A model generated the notes under the pieces. It saw nothing but the letters and a program-made list of their open reading frames with translations. It did no database searches and was not told where the DNA came from. Shown here piece by piece: positions 13,086-25,699 of a stretch of 64,000 nt of DNA. A program made the position numbers and the translations under genes. Positions within the stretch are counted from its first letter, which is position 1; every line of letters begins with the position of its first letter. The DNA is from Vicugna vicugna. Its lineage: Eukaryota. Location: the NCBI GenBank assembly GCA_013265495.1, contig MU058781.1, forward strand, positions 3,473,050 through 3,537,049. Direction: 5' to 3'.

Positions 13086-15161
13086 AATACATTACCTTCA
13101 AAAACTTCCATCTCTTGACTATGAAAAGAAAGCACAGAGTCTTTCAACTTTAAATTTCAAGTTTTGCTATCTTATATTTAGCAACTATGGTTTATGACTT
13201 CCTTACAAAATAATGTGAAAAATTTGCAACACTAAACAAACCTACCAAGAAACAATTATCTGTAGTTCCCCAGTGGATTTTCATACCTGAGTTGTCTACC
13301 AATTTTTACCATTTGTATTTTTCACAAAATGTTAATTCCAATGTGCTTACACTTATATTCCGCTTTTTCAATTAGCTTTATTATGTGAAGTTTCTTAGTC
13401 TTCAAATTTTTTCATCTTATGGTTATATAGTATTCCAATAAATTGATATTCTATTAACAATTTTAAAAGTAGATGTTAGCACTTACGTTTGGCACACACG
13501 TCTCTCAATGAAAAACAAGAGCAAGTGTGGAAGGGAGGGAGAAAAGTTTGGTCTGTCTCTTAGTTAGCCACCCGGAGTGGGATGGTCATCACAACACTTT
13601 GTTCAGTGGGGGTCTCAAGGGTCCGTGAGAGGCTACATCCTTACAAGACCTGCACGTTCAGAGTCCCCCCCCCCAGAAGAGGATGAGCCCATCTCTCCAG
13701 CCACACAGGTAAAACTACTGTGCTCACCGGGTGAGCCTATGATCTCAAAGTCCCCCCACCACAGAATCAGGTCAGGGCCTTGGCCCCTGCACCCCAGTGG
13801 GCTGGCCTGGTTCACACTATGCGCTGCTTTGATGGGGGTGCGGTGGGGACACTGTTCCAAGCCAGTGTTAAAACGCTGTCACCCCACCAGCCCCAGCCTC
13901 ACCCCACCGCTCGACACCCATCCAACCACGGCACGAGAAAAGCCCCTTGCTGCAGTTTGACTACCTTGCATGCTCATTTCTCTCTCGCTCAGTCACAACA
14001 GCCCCAGAGCAGGCAGGACACACTCCTACGCTGTCCCTTCTTCCTAGGAAGTCCCGTGACACCACGCTCCCTTCTAAGCCGACAGAAGCTGCTTCTGCGG
14101 AAGGGGCTTGGGGCTGGGGTGGGGGGCGGGAGGGCACTGCACACCCTCCTGTCCTGGTTGCCTCTTATCCCCACACGCACAGATCCCTGTCCCATTAAAA
14201 CATTTAGTTACAATTATCTTTCAAGGGAGGAGGGGATCGGAAGTATATATGGCGCTTGCTGGCGGCCTGTCACCCTGAACAAGGAAACTCACCCATGTGT
14301 ATCACGTCTACCCAGACCGACCTTGTTTCAATCATATCAGCATAAAAAAATCTAGGAACAGGCCACAATAAGGAAATGCAGGCATTTTTAGACCATCTAG
14401 CAGCTGGTCAGAAAAATGGGGCCCCGCAGGGCCAAGCAATGAGATGTTCCCAGTGAGCGGTCTTATTTCAGCCTCTGTCCTCCAGGCTGGGGGGTAAGAT
14501 GCTCCTTGATAGTTGCAGTTGATTGTAAGGACACGGTTTTTGCCCTCCGGGAACCAGCTGGCACCGCCTGAGTGGAGACAGCGCAGGTGCCAAACATAAG
14601 GAATGGGGGTGGGGAAGAGAGCAAGACAGAGTGATGGCTTCCCGTTGGGAAGGTAGTTGAGAGAAACTTGAAGCAAAGCGGGGCTCTGATTTGGACCAAA
14701 GAGGTGTGGGCGGTTCTGCTGTGGTGGAAAACATCTTACTGCAGGTCCCAGCCAGCAGGAGAGAAGGCACAGGAACTGCTGTTTACTGTGGACACCACCT
14801 GGCTGCTCGGAGCCAGTAGACAGGTGCAGGCCTTCGGGTTTCAGAAGCAAAGCCATAGGGGGAGTGGAGACGCTGTCAGGCCACTTCCAGGCCTTGCCTT
14901 CGAGCTCACGAGCTGGAGGCTCAAGGCCCAGCTGAGAGCTACTTGTGCCGCCCCTGTCTCTGAACAAAAGCGGACTCACATCAATGCTGACAGGGCATTG
15001 CGTCCCACCCCTCTTGGTTACAGCAGAGACGTGGTGCTTGGCTGCCCTCAGTGCACCAGGGGAGGCACTGACACAGGTGTCAGTGCCCATCCCCAAGCTC
15101 CACCCCCGTACGTCCCCTTGCTGCTCCCAACAGCATTGGTCACTGCGGCTGCTTGGTCTTT

Positions 15162-15257
15162 GCATCCTCCCTGTCATCCTGAGACCCCCGCCACCCCAAC
15201 ACCAGCGCATCCTCCCCATCATCCTGAGGACCGCCCCCCCAGCCACCCCAACACCAG
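15162..15257 (+). repeat. Imperfect two-copy tandem repeat (about 45-51 bp unit)
   Basis: gcatcctccc..tcatcctgag...gccaccccaacaccag at 15162-15205 and again at 15207-15257. Confidence 0.8.
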
Positions 15258-15279
15258 GGAGTGAGTTCTGCATTTCGCA

Positions 15280-15410
15280 CCTTGCTGGACACATATCATC
15301 CATTGTCCCCATTTTACAGGATAGGGACTGAGGTTTAAAAGGACCAGGCTCACACTGCCAGGAAAGAGCAAAGCTGAGCTGAGCGCCCCAGGCTTCTGAC
15401 CTCAATCCAG
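15280..15410 (-). mobile_element. MIR SINE remnant
   Basis: ccccattttacaggatagggactgaggttt matches the antisense MIR core. Confidence 0.6.
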
Positions 15411-18400
15411 TTCCACACGACCAGGGAATCCCACAAAGCGTGCTCAGCAGGATGACAGTTTTAGACACAGGTTAAAACCCATGTCTGCCCTGCTAAACTG
15501 CATCTGCTCGGGTGGGGTCAGTTAGCACTGGGTTCAGCAGCCTTCAGATAATAGGAAATCTGCCAAACAGTGGCTGACACAGAAAGCACCGATGGCATTT
15601 TAAGCCTCAGAGGACAGATGTGGCAGTGTTTTAGGATGAGGGAAAAGCTTGGTGAAATGAAGGATGCTCTAGATAGACAGGAGCCAGGAAGCCTCGGTTC
15701 CAAAGGCTGCTTGGCTACAACAGTGACCTCGTATAACCCCCCGTCCACCCAGAATCTGGCTTTTCTTATCTGTGTACTGGGGAGGGGAGTGTCGATCAGG
15801 TGATCAGCAAGCTTTCCTCCAGCTGACATTCCTCAAGTCTACGAGTGCCTCCCCTGTGATCTTGAAGTCAGTCAGCCTTAGCAGCTGTTGACCTCGACTT
15901 TATCCAGGTTCGCCCAACTGCCGCCAGGCCTGGCTGAAGCCCAACTCAGTCTGGAGACCCAGCTGTTGGACACCCCAGGGAGAACCATACATCCTCCCAG
16001 CCATCAGAAGCCAATAAACACAGCTGCTGCCAGCCACTCAACCCCTTCCTCCCCACCCGCGTCCCCCTCAGCCTTCTCACTGGACTCAGGTGCAGGGCAA
16101 AGCCAACTTGCCGTAAACTCCCAGAATTAGGCTCGGTATGAAATGTTCACGAGGAAGCGCCTGGCTGTGTGAGGTGCTGGCTGCAAAGCTGCCGCGGGGG
16201 GTTCCCACGCTGCCCGCCCACCTGGACTTAGTTCACAGTGGAAGGGGCCTGTTGCCCCTCCTGGCACCTTTGCAGGGCACACAGCCACTCAACAAATTTG
16301 CCAAACAGAGTGGGAGCTTTTGAGGGTCTCCCAGTCCACAGAGGACCCTGGACAGTGTCCCTCGCTCACCACCCTACACTGCCATGGACACACAGGAGGC
16401 TCCTGCTGGCCACGTGTCTGGTATGGCCCCTCCACCTCCACGGCCATGGATGACTGACCGCAGGCCCTGTCCCAGGGATTTAGGAAGCGGGGCCAGGAAA
16501 CTGTCTCCAGAGGCTGGACCTGTACCACGTGAGCTCAGGCTCGCAAGGCGGAGGCATCTTCCACCAGAGAATCCAGGCTGCACAGAGAGCGCGCTCAGAA
16601 ATTTGCAGAGCACGTCAAAGATCAGAGGGGCCAGAGTCTCACAGCCCCGTCCCAGATTCTAGCCCTGCGCCTGCTGGGTTCTGAGCCTCACCCCCGTGTC
16701 CAGTAATCAAGTCTCCTTTAAGGGCTAGCTGCAGAACGGCTCTTTTACTTGTCCCGAGAGGAGTCTCAACACCGAGCCAGGCATTTATGTATTCAACTAA
16801 CACTCATGGAGAGCCCAGGCAGGCTAAGACGTGCTTGTCACCAAGGGAAAGGAAAAGAGTAAGACACGATCTGTGCCCTCAAGGGACTCACAGGCTTGTG
16901 TCGCTCCGAAACAGGTCATTGGAAACCAATGTATTAAATGTGGTGAAAAGTTCAACAAGGTACCATGGAAGGAAACAAGCCTGGGGCAGAAGCCAAGGGT
17001 CAGAGAGCTGGGAGGGCTTCCTGGAGGAGGGGATACTTCAGCCCAATCAGACACAGTCCCCGCAGTGGGGAGAGGGTATTCCCGACCAAGATGACAGCAC
17101 ACTCAAAGATGGGCGGGAGATAGCATGGTTTCGGGGAGAAAACACGCATGAGGAACTGTACTAGGTAAAGGCGAAGAGTGTGAAAGGGAACAAGACACAA
17201 CCTGGCCTCAAGAAGCTTGCATTTCAGAGGGAAACCACGTGGACTCTAATAAAAGGTCAAGACTACCAAACCAAAGACTCTAAACAATCATACATGAAGT
17301 GCTGCGGAAGCTCAGAGGCAGCAGAAGGCACTTAAGCTTGGAAGTTGTCCCAGGGAAGCTTCGAGCTGAGTTAGGCCTTGAAGCACAGGGCAGAGTCAAA
17401 CAGAGGCAGCGGCCGGCCCCGCCCTGCATGCCACGCTATGAAAACATTCAGCGTTCCTCAGAGCTCCGTGCTGCGTCAAGTGCTTTCACACTAGACCCAT
17501 CTGATGCTCCCAAGCAAGTTGAGGAGTAAGGAAAGTACTAGAACTGACTGGTGACGGGGAAACAGATGCAGACTGGGTGGTCTCCTTGGGTCACAGAACT
17601 AAGTTGGGGGGAGGGTAGAGGCCTAGACCCTTCCCAGCAACACCCACCCCTCCCCTCACCCCAGGCTTCCTCCTCTGTCACCTCCTCCATTGCAGAGTAA
17701 TTCTAACTTTCCTCTGGAGCTTCTGGGCAAACCCAGGTCACCTCCACCCTCGTGTGGCAGCTCAGGAGCGAGATGTGCTCTTAAAAACAGGAAACAAAAT
17801 ACAAACTTGTGTAATATTTGTCTTCCTTGAACGGTGACAAGCTCCAAAGGGCAGACATGCCTTACTCAGCAATTCAGCTCAGTACCTGGGCCATAATGGG
17901 AGTGTGCTCACATGTCATTTTATGATTGAGGATGAATAAAAAAAGAAATGAACCATGCAGAATGGAAGGGGGAGATGGGAGGTGAGGACGCAGCCTTCTG
18001 ACATAAAGAGAATCATCCGAAGCGCTCCACCTTGCTGCCTCCCCCACAAGCCTTCATGGAGTTACGTCCACAGGGCTGGGGGTCGGGGGAAAGAGAGGCT
18101 AACATCATCAAGCCCCAGGCTGCTGCTCATTAACGCTCTAGGGAGAGGAGGGTGACGGGAGAAGGCCAAGAAGAGACTGGACAGGAGGATCAGAGGACGG
18201 CGTGAGCTCCGGCGGGCCCCAGCGCGTGTAAGGAAATGCCGAAGTATTCCCTATGTTTTAGGCGTGATCTTGAGATAGTCTGTTTGGAGTTTTGCTCAGT
18301 CAGGACAAGCTTCTTGAAAGATTTTCTTCATGTCCTCTGATCACACCCTCTGACCCCCCGGGTGGTGGCCCTACAGTAAAAGCGGCCCCCAGGAGTAAGG

Positions 18401-21058
18401 TAAGGGGGCTGTCACCTCACCTAGCAATGAACTATCCACTTGTTAACCTCCAGAAGGCCAGGCTGGGAGACCAAAAAGGAGAGGGAAGGACTGGTCAGGA
18501 AAGCAGGGAGAGGACAGCGCTGTGCCCGCCAGCCTGGCAGTCTTCCAGAAAGTTCCTCCTCCCTCTGTTCTCACGGCCCCTCCCTCCACCTCGGGCTGAC
18601 TCGGAGGAGCAGCAGCTGACAGGGAGCCACGGCTGCGCCTAAAGCCACAAGCGGTTTCACTTGGCACCGATTCTCAAGGAGAATCAGCTCTTTGTCCCCC
18701 TGCCAGAGGGATCGCCACTGACTCCTGCTACAGAATTCCCACTGTCCACTGTCAAGGCAGAGAACGGCGGCCTCTGGCCCTTCCCAGCCCGGAACCCACA
18801 TCTCAAGACAAAAGCTACTGGCCCTCCGGGACCCCCGGAGCCAGATGCCCCGCCAGCCGTCCACACCCCACAGAACCCCACAAAGCCTGCCTGTGGCTCA
18901 AGAACACGGCACCCTACTCCTGCTGGAGACCCCACGGCGCCGGCAGAGGACGCCCCCCGGCAAGGACCCATCCCGGCCCTTGTCCTGGGCACACACGCTG
19001 TTTCTACCCTCCTCATCCCCACGACTTCCTTCTATATTCTGTACTTTCAGGGAGAAAAAAATAACCCCACAGTGAGGCGCCAATGACCACATGACAGGGG
19101 GCCGGTCGGAGCCAAGGGGAGGCCTGTTCAGCGACTCGAGACAAGGCAGGTGTCTCTCACCCACAGCAGAAGGTGAGGCCTTCAGAGCTCTTTCTACACA
19201 GCACATGACTGGAGGGTTGCCCCTGATTTTCAGGCAAACTGTTAACAACAACAACAAAAAAGCACTTTACTCTAATGACCCCTGACCTCATTTCCCGAAG
19301 CAGCCTCAGACACACACACAAGCCTGTACACACAAAATCTGTCCACCTGATTTGTCGTCAGGCAAAAGCCACACACACCGACCCCAAGCTTCCCCAGCCC
19401 TCCGAGCCTCCTCGCAGAGCAGATGTGGCACTTCTCCCATCCGTATTTAAGACGACACTGCAGAAGGGAAGAACTAGAAACTAAGCTTAATTGTGTTACA
19501 TCCTGGCTTTCCCAGGCAGAGGGAGAACCCTGCTTACTGGCCACGATAGTTTTGGCCGCAGCCGAAACCCTGATGTCTGCAGGATCTGGAAGGAATGTTT
19601 TGATTTATAAAGGGAATTTAGGGAATTTTCATCAGGAGCTCTACCCCTCACAGGAGGCAGTAGGCAGGAACATTTTCAAAGTACTTCACTCTCAGTGAAA
19701 GGAAATTCTGATGTTAAGATGAAATTGGTTTTTCACCTGGTGTATTAGTGTGTCCTCACGGTGGGCCTTAAATTCTGCCGAGACAGAGCTGTTCAGTTTT
19801 CTAATAAGGAAAATTCTTGATAATCAGACTCCAAAAAAAGAAAAAAAGAAAAAAAAAATCCAAAGCCCACAGTCTACAGCAGGAAAGGTTTTTACCAGAC
19901 AGGGACTGACTGAATACACTTGCAGAATACTTACTTTCTGATCCCTCAGCGGTACCGCAGTCCTTCTCCCTTCTGGCTCATGTGGACCCTGGCCAGAACC
20001 ATCAGAGAGAAACTCCAGCCCCTTAAGCTCCGTCCTCCCCAGGAGTCCCAAGCGCACCCACCAGCCACATCCCCCGCCCCCTGCTCTGTGGCCCCTCTGC
20101 CATCCTCCCCCAGCGCGGAGGTGGGGGCGAGCAGGAGCAGTTACCTCAAACCAGCCTCTCGCTGAGACATCGTTCGCTCATTCTTTTCTTTTTCTGGAGT
20201 TGGGATTTACTAACATCATTTGACTTGATAATCTACTTTAATAAAAAGTTGTAGAAGTTTTTATGGTTTGTAATGGTATGCAGCTTGTAAATTAAACAGA
20301 AGGAAACTGATCTGTTTTATGCCTTCTCTGTGAATTTCACACGTCCCCCAAGTCCACTGGACTGTGGACAACTGGAGCAGGAATTCCCTTCTCTCGTGCT
20401 TTATCTCACATCCCCAACTGGATTCAAAGTTCCACAGGGGCAGAGGGACTGAACACATGTTTTAAGTATTAACTGTAAGCAGAGTTCGCTTTAACAGATT
20501 TTCTTCTGAGTATATTTTTGTTTTTAAAAAAATCAAATACTCTTGGATGTCACTGTACAGCCATGCTGGGCTGGTTTCAACAACTCAGCACGCTCTGCAC
20601 TCCCTCAGCAGCCAGCTACACCTTAGGCGGGGACCCAGAATCCCAGCTCCAGGATTTCATCGTCTTCCTTCTCTTTTCGGGGTGGGGTGGGGCGAAGAAT
20701 CCAACTCACCACTCAGGCTCCCGCAGATCTGACAGCTGAATCAGTCTCAAACACAGGGCCCCGTGTCACTCGCCTGCCTCAAAGCCTGCAACTGTCCCAT
20801 CGAAGTGACACAACATGGCCCGGGGGGTCATTAGTGTTAACCTGAACCTGCCGGTTCTCCCGTTCCTATTCCGGGCGGCAGAGCATTCCCTAATGTCCAC
20901 CCAACATTTAATGACCCATCAGGAAAAAGCCTGAGTCCAGCAAAATATCAACAAGTCCTTTCTCTCCTAGCAGGGAAATTGAGACACATTTCGTTTACTG
21001 ACAGTTTCATTCCAACTAGCACCAAGACCAAAAGAAAAAGAAAAAAAAAGGTAAGGCC

Positions 21059-21064
21059 TTTATT
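21059..21064 (-). terminator. TBC1D7: Candidate TBC1D7 polyadenylation signal AATAAA
   Basis: tttatt on + about 500 nt past the stop codon, followed on - by a U-rich tract. A proximal variant AGTAAA lies at 21443-21448. Confidence 0.55.
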
Positions 21065-21568
21065 TCAGCCTATTTAACAAGACGAAGTCCAGAAACTAGA
21101 TTTAGCTTTCCAAAGATTGAGATTTGGGAAGTCAGCTTAGGGTTCAACAGGTACTGCACCAGCCAAGTCCGAATCTGAGATGCCAACAAAAGGAAGCTGT
21201 TTTTCATTCCAGAAACAGACCCGAGAAAGTAACGAGCTTGGCGCTAATGAGAGAAGGAGGGCAGGCTTGGTACACGCTGCAGACTGAAGCGTCATCCCCC
21301 ACACCCTGACTGAACAGCTTTAAAGGCTGGGAACTATTTTCAAACAACCCTTTTAAAATGCTATTCAGTGCTGAACTGTGTACCTCTGCGTAACCAAGAG
21401 ATGCCATTCCACAACACAGCAACCCCAGGTACCTTAAATAGTTTTACTGGAAAAACAATTACACTGTGAGCACCAAAGCAAGAACCCTATTGTCAATTCA
21501 GCAGATTACATCTCAAGAACAAAATGCCCTGGGGAGGCCGGGCGGACTGTCCACAACGTCAGGAACGT

Positions 21569-21655
21569 TCAGGCCGAATGGACTGGGGTCCCGCAGTGTT
21601 TGTGCCAGAGGTCGATGGCCTTGCTCACGATTGCATCCGAGCTGTCCTGGGGAAT
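21569..21655 (-). CDS. TBC1D7: TBC1D7 last coding exon ([28 protein letters not shown])
   Basis: ttgcttgttcacag| acceptor; 87 nt ending in TGA; matches the TBC1D7 C-terminus. All coding exons sum to 882 nt = 293 aa + stop. Confidence 0.96.
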
Positions 21656-22663
21656 CTGTGAACAAGCAAACCGGTCTCTGAAATGGGTTTCCAGCTTCAG
21701 TATCTCCCTCATTCACTATGGCCTAACACTCATTTCCACTGGGTTTCCACTGCTTTTTCAGAAAGTGATCCCATAAGAGGCTGCTGCCAGGATCTTTGCT
21801 TCACGCGCCACCTGAGGTCATCCCAAGGAGCTGTGGTCACACTGCCTGGCTGCCAGTCCTGCGCTACCCACAACTGTGTACTCCTGGGCAGGTTCCTGAA
21901 GCTCCCTGGGTTCAGATCCCCATCTCTAAAATGGGGCAAATGATGGCCCCACTTCACAGAGCTCTTTACAAGGTTACATGAGATAATTCACAAACAATAC
22001 TTAGTGGGGGCCCTAGCACTGTGAGCCACTAACCCCTACAATGACGGTGGCTCCTTTATCCAACACACACTCACTGTTCAGCTGTTAATACTGGCTAAAA
22101 TACACAGATTGTGGGTCCAGTGAAACTCACTCATCCGAAGTCTCTACTTTCACACCTCTTGCCCAGTTCAGGGGTACTCTAAGATACAAAGAGGGGGGGA
22201 ACTGATTCATTGAGACCTTTTTCAACATGCTCTAAGTTTACACTTAAGGACATGACAAGTCTAACTGGGATTCCATCAGCGACAGTAACAGAAATGCCAA
22301 GGGCTTACAAAATCCCTCAAAACATCAGGACTTCTCCATCAGCAAGGATCGCTCCTCCAAAAGTGATAGATCTCACCTCTTCCTTTTTTTGACGAGCCTC
22401 CTAGTAGTCACATCAGGGGACGAGACTCTGGTCCTAAGCGCACACACTCATGGAGACAGTCTTGCTGCTCAGACCACTGACCACCCCCTCCCTCAACAAA
22501 CAAACGACAGGGACTATAATCCACAGACCAACTTTAAACTTTTTCAAGGGAAAAAAAGTTTCTTATAATGTAAAAATACACTGAAATAACTTAATGTGAA
22601 AGAAAAATCTGGCTTGCTAAACCTCCTTTCTAGATTCAAAATTCAAACAAAAAGCACACTTAC

Positions 22664-22793
22664 ATTTTCCAGAAACTTCGTTATCTTCTCCGCACTGTTC
22701 AGTGCCATTACTTTTATCTTAAAGGTTAACAAAATTTCCACAGCTACAAACACTAGTATCTTACAGGATCCACTTACAACTTTATCCCAAACC
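22664..22793 (-). CDS. TBC1D7: TBC1D7 coding exon 6 of 7 ([43 protein letters not shown])
   Basis: tttatttttgtag| acceptor, |gtaagt donor, 130 nt, phase-compatible with neighbours. Confidence 0.96.
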
Positions 22794-22887
22794 CTACAAA
22801 AATAAAGACAATCCAATTACAAGTTTGAAATTTATGCTTACGTCAACATTTCAAATTATAAAATTAAACCAAATGACACTTCAAGTA

Positions 22888-23109
22888 GAGTCGTCCCTCG
22901 GTGTCCCCAGGGAAGTGGTTCTAGGACTCGTTAGGATACCGAATCCGTGGACGCTCAAGTCCCTCATGTAAAAGTGGGTGGTACAGTCAGTCCCCTGTTC
23001 CCGCAGACTCCACATCCAAGGATTCAACCAACCACGAACTGTAAACAGCACAGGATCTGGAACTGGCTGAATCCGCAGATGCACAACTGCGGACACAGAG
23101 GGCTGACTG
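22888..23109. mobile_element. Tigger-derived MITE (MER2/MER8-like)
   Basis: Termini gagtcgtccctcgg ... cagagggctgactg are near-inverted. Internal gctcaagtccct and ggattcaaccaacc are typical of this group. Confidence 0.7.
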
Positions 23110-24071
23110 CATACGCTCCAGAGAAGAGCTATAAAGAATCATCATCAGGGAAACAACAAATCAGCCATTTGAAGTCTATTTCAGACACAGTCAGCACTGG
23201 AAGGAAAAAAGGGGATGAGCACTAGAAAATACTTGTTCTGCTACCAAACGCCCATTCCCTCATGCTCCAAAACTGACATTTTGGGGCCGGAAAGTCCTAA
23301 ACCAAAGCTTAGATTTTATTAATATTTTGTAATGCTCATATAATCATTACATATTAAGGAACCACAACAACAGAAGCAAATGAAATGAGATAAATTCAAT
23401 TTCATTTTCTGGTGGTTTACATTCCTCAATGAAGGAGCTAGTTACTGAGCACACGCTAAAATTCTTCTTCCGACAGCTCCTGTCTAACTCTTGTAGTTGG
23501 TATTACCCTCTCTGTGCTGACTACGCACGGTCTTGTACTGGTCTCTGTATACTGCCTTTCTCCTCAACTGCAGAGTCCTGGAGGGGGCGGGACAGGGCTC
23601 TGAGATACCCATAACTCATATCTGAAATTGATGGAAGAGCTGAGTTTGAGTGTCAAATCTCTGACTGCCTTCAACTATTTCAGAACGTCATAAGATGTCC
23701 AAGAAATAAAGATTTTCTCTACAATCTACCTCCGTTCTGGAAAACAAAAGCCCATGCCTATGTAAAACTCTTGGAGGCTATTTCAGATGTGAATACAGCA
23801 TCTAATACATTGATGGTCTTCAATTTTTCTCCCTGTATATTTTAACACTTTAAATATTTACACTAGTGCTAACTCTCTCTAACATTTCTAATTGTATATA
23901 TACTAAGCAGAATCTTGTGTTGCTGTGTTAGCTGCGGGAGAAGTTAGCATCAAACTATTGTTCTAAAGCAAATTTGTTTTCTGAGATGATTACCTTTAAA
24001 TAAAAGAAAAAACAAAACAGGGTTCTTCTTGGACTCCAAGCCTTCAGTATGTCTTTGAAAGAAATACTTGC

Positions 24072-24217
24072 CTCTGTAAACTGGACTCGGGCAAGCACCC
24101 GGCGAAGCACCTCTTGAACCAGAGATCATAAGGAAGTCTGGACACCGCAGAACACGTCTTCAGATGACTGAGCAGTCTGCTATCTTCCAGATTCAAATAT
24201 TGTTCAAAAGCCTTTGG
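24072..24217 (-). CDS. TBC1D7: TBC1D7 coding exon 5 of 7 ([49 protein letters not shown]), GC donor
   Basis: tttactcattag| acceptor; 146 nt; donor AG|GCAAGT. Confidence 0.95.
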
Positions 24218-25699
24218 CTAATGAGTAAACAAGAAGGGGTTACTCATTTCCTGTAACATTACCTGATCTTACAGCCTCTGATGAAAAAGTCTACATGCTG
24301 AACACAAAGAAATGCTGGAAAACAAAACTTCAGAATCCTCCAAGTCACTGGTGACGCAGCGGTTCCCCAGATCAGCACAAACCAGAGCAAACCACCATCC
24401 AGACTGAGGTTTCCTGGGACAGCCCCCGGCTAAACAGAACAGTCAGTACTAACCGCACTAACCAATTCACTAGCCCAAGACAAAGTCCAAAGCAAAATTC
24501 AGTTGTTCCGGGGAGAGAAGGCCATGTTCTGGCTACTCTGGGGCAGGAGATTATATCTACAGGGAAAGGAGAGGTTAAGACCGAAGAAGCGGAGTAGGGC
24601 TACAGCGGGAGAGGGAACTTGGAAGAATGAGACAGGAAGAGCTGGAGATTAAAAGGGCCCAGCAGCCACTGACTACACCTGTGCTGGCCCATGTGTAACG
24701 CATCGTGCCCCGGGGCAGGGAGGTCCAGACAAGAGGGACGGCGCAAGGGAGACCTCCATACCCCAAAAAATGTGCATGCGAAGTCCTGGGAGGCACAGGA
24801 ATAGCTCAGAGGGAGCAAAGCCCCGTGATTCCCTCAGGTCGCCTCTTCCACGTAAAGTTACACAGCAGCCAACTCCTCCAGAAGACTAGGGAGCTAACAA
24901 GGCTGCCTCCCAGATGGGGCCAAATCCACCTGGCACGGGCTGCTACATTTATAGGGACCATTCTCAGACCCTCAAGTCTGTACTCCCTCTCCAGAAGGGC
25001 ACAACCAGATCCCATATCACCCAGGATAACGCAAATGTTTTTACTAAGTATCTGCACCTTTGCACTTCTGCCAAAGAGGCAATTCATAATCCTTCCAACG
25101 TCCACTGCAGCCAGACACGGTGCTACACACAGGGAAGAGAGCCAGAGGGTAAGACAGCACCCCTGCCTTCAAGGAGCTTACAATGTGGTTGAGAAAGACC
25201 TGCAAAGAGGCAAGTGTAACAGTGTCGTAAAGCCATGATGGAAGAAGCACGAGGCGCTGGGTACATCCATGTGTGAATCCTGACCCAGACTTTAGAGGCC
25301 AGAAGCAGGTTCCCACGAAAGCAGATGTGTGAGCCAGCCATTAAGAAGGGACAGAAGTTAATCAAAGAGGGCCATATAGTAACATCTAGTTCAGCTTAAA
25401 GGGTAAATATCCCTAACTAAAGAGAATTTCCAAAAAAAGAAAAAAGCCAAAAATTCTCACAGAAAAAAAAAAAAAAGCAAATGGGTTCGTGATAACTAAT
25501 TTGGTAAAACCACAAAAAAGTGAAAAGACAACAGACAAGATTATGGAGACGCTAACAAAAAGCTCAAAAGAAGAGATCTTATATACAACAATAAAAAATT
25601 TTAAGCTAGACTAGACATGGTTTAACTAAAGACTTTTAAAAACTTGACCTTAAAAGTTGAAGTCAGTCACTTGCTGCCTAAATCAAATAGCAAAGCAAA

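Noticed and set aside
14332..15468. Longest ORF in the track (378 aa, - strand)
   Set aside because: Non-ATG start, runs through a MIR (translated SLSCKMG) and a tandem repeat, and has no recognisable domain. A chance ORF in GC-rich DNA.
7000..21000. Orthologue of the human TBC1D7 read-through/antisense lncRNA toward PHACTR1
   Set aside because: Recalled from human annotation, but no exon can be supported from this sequence alone.
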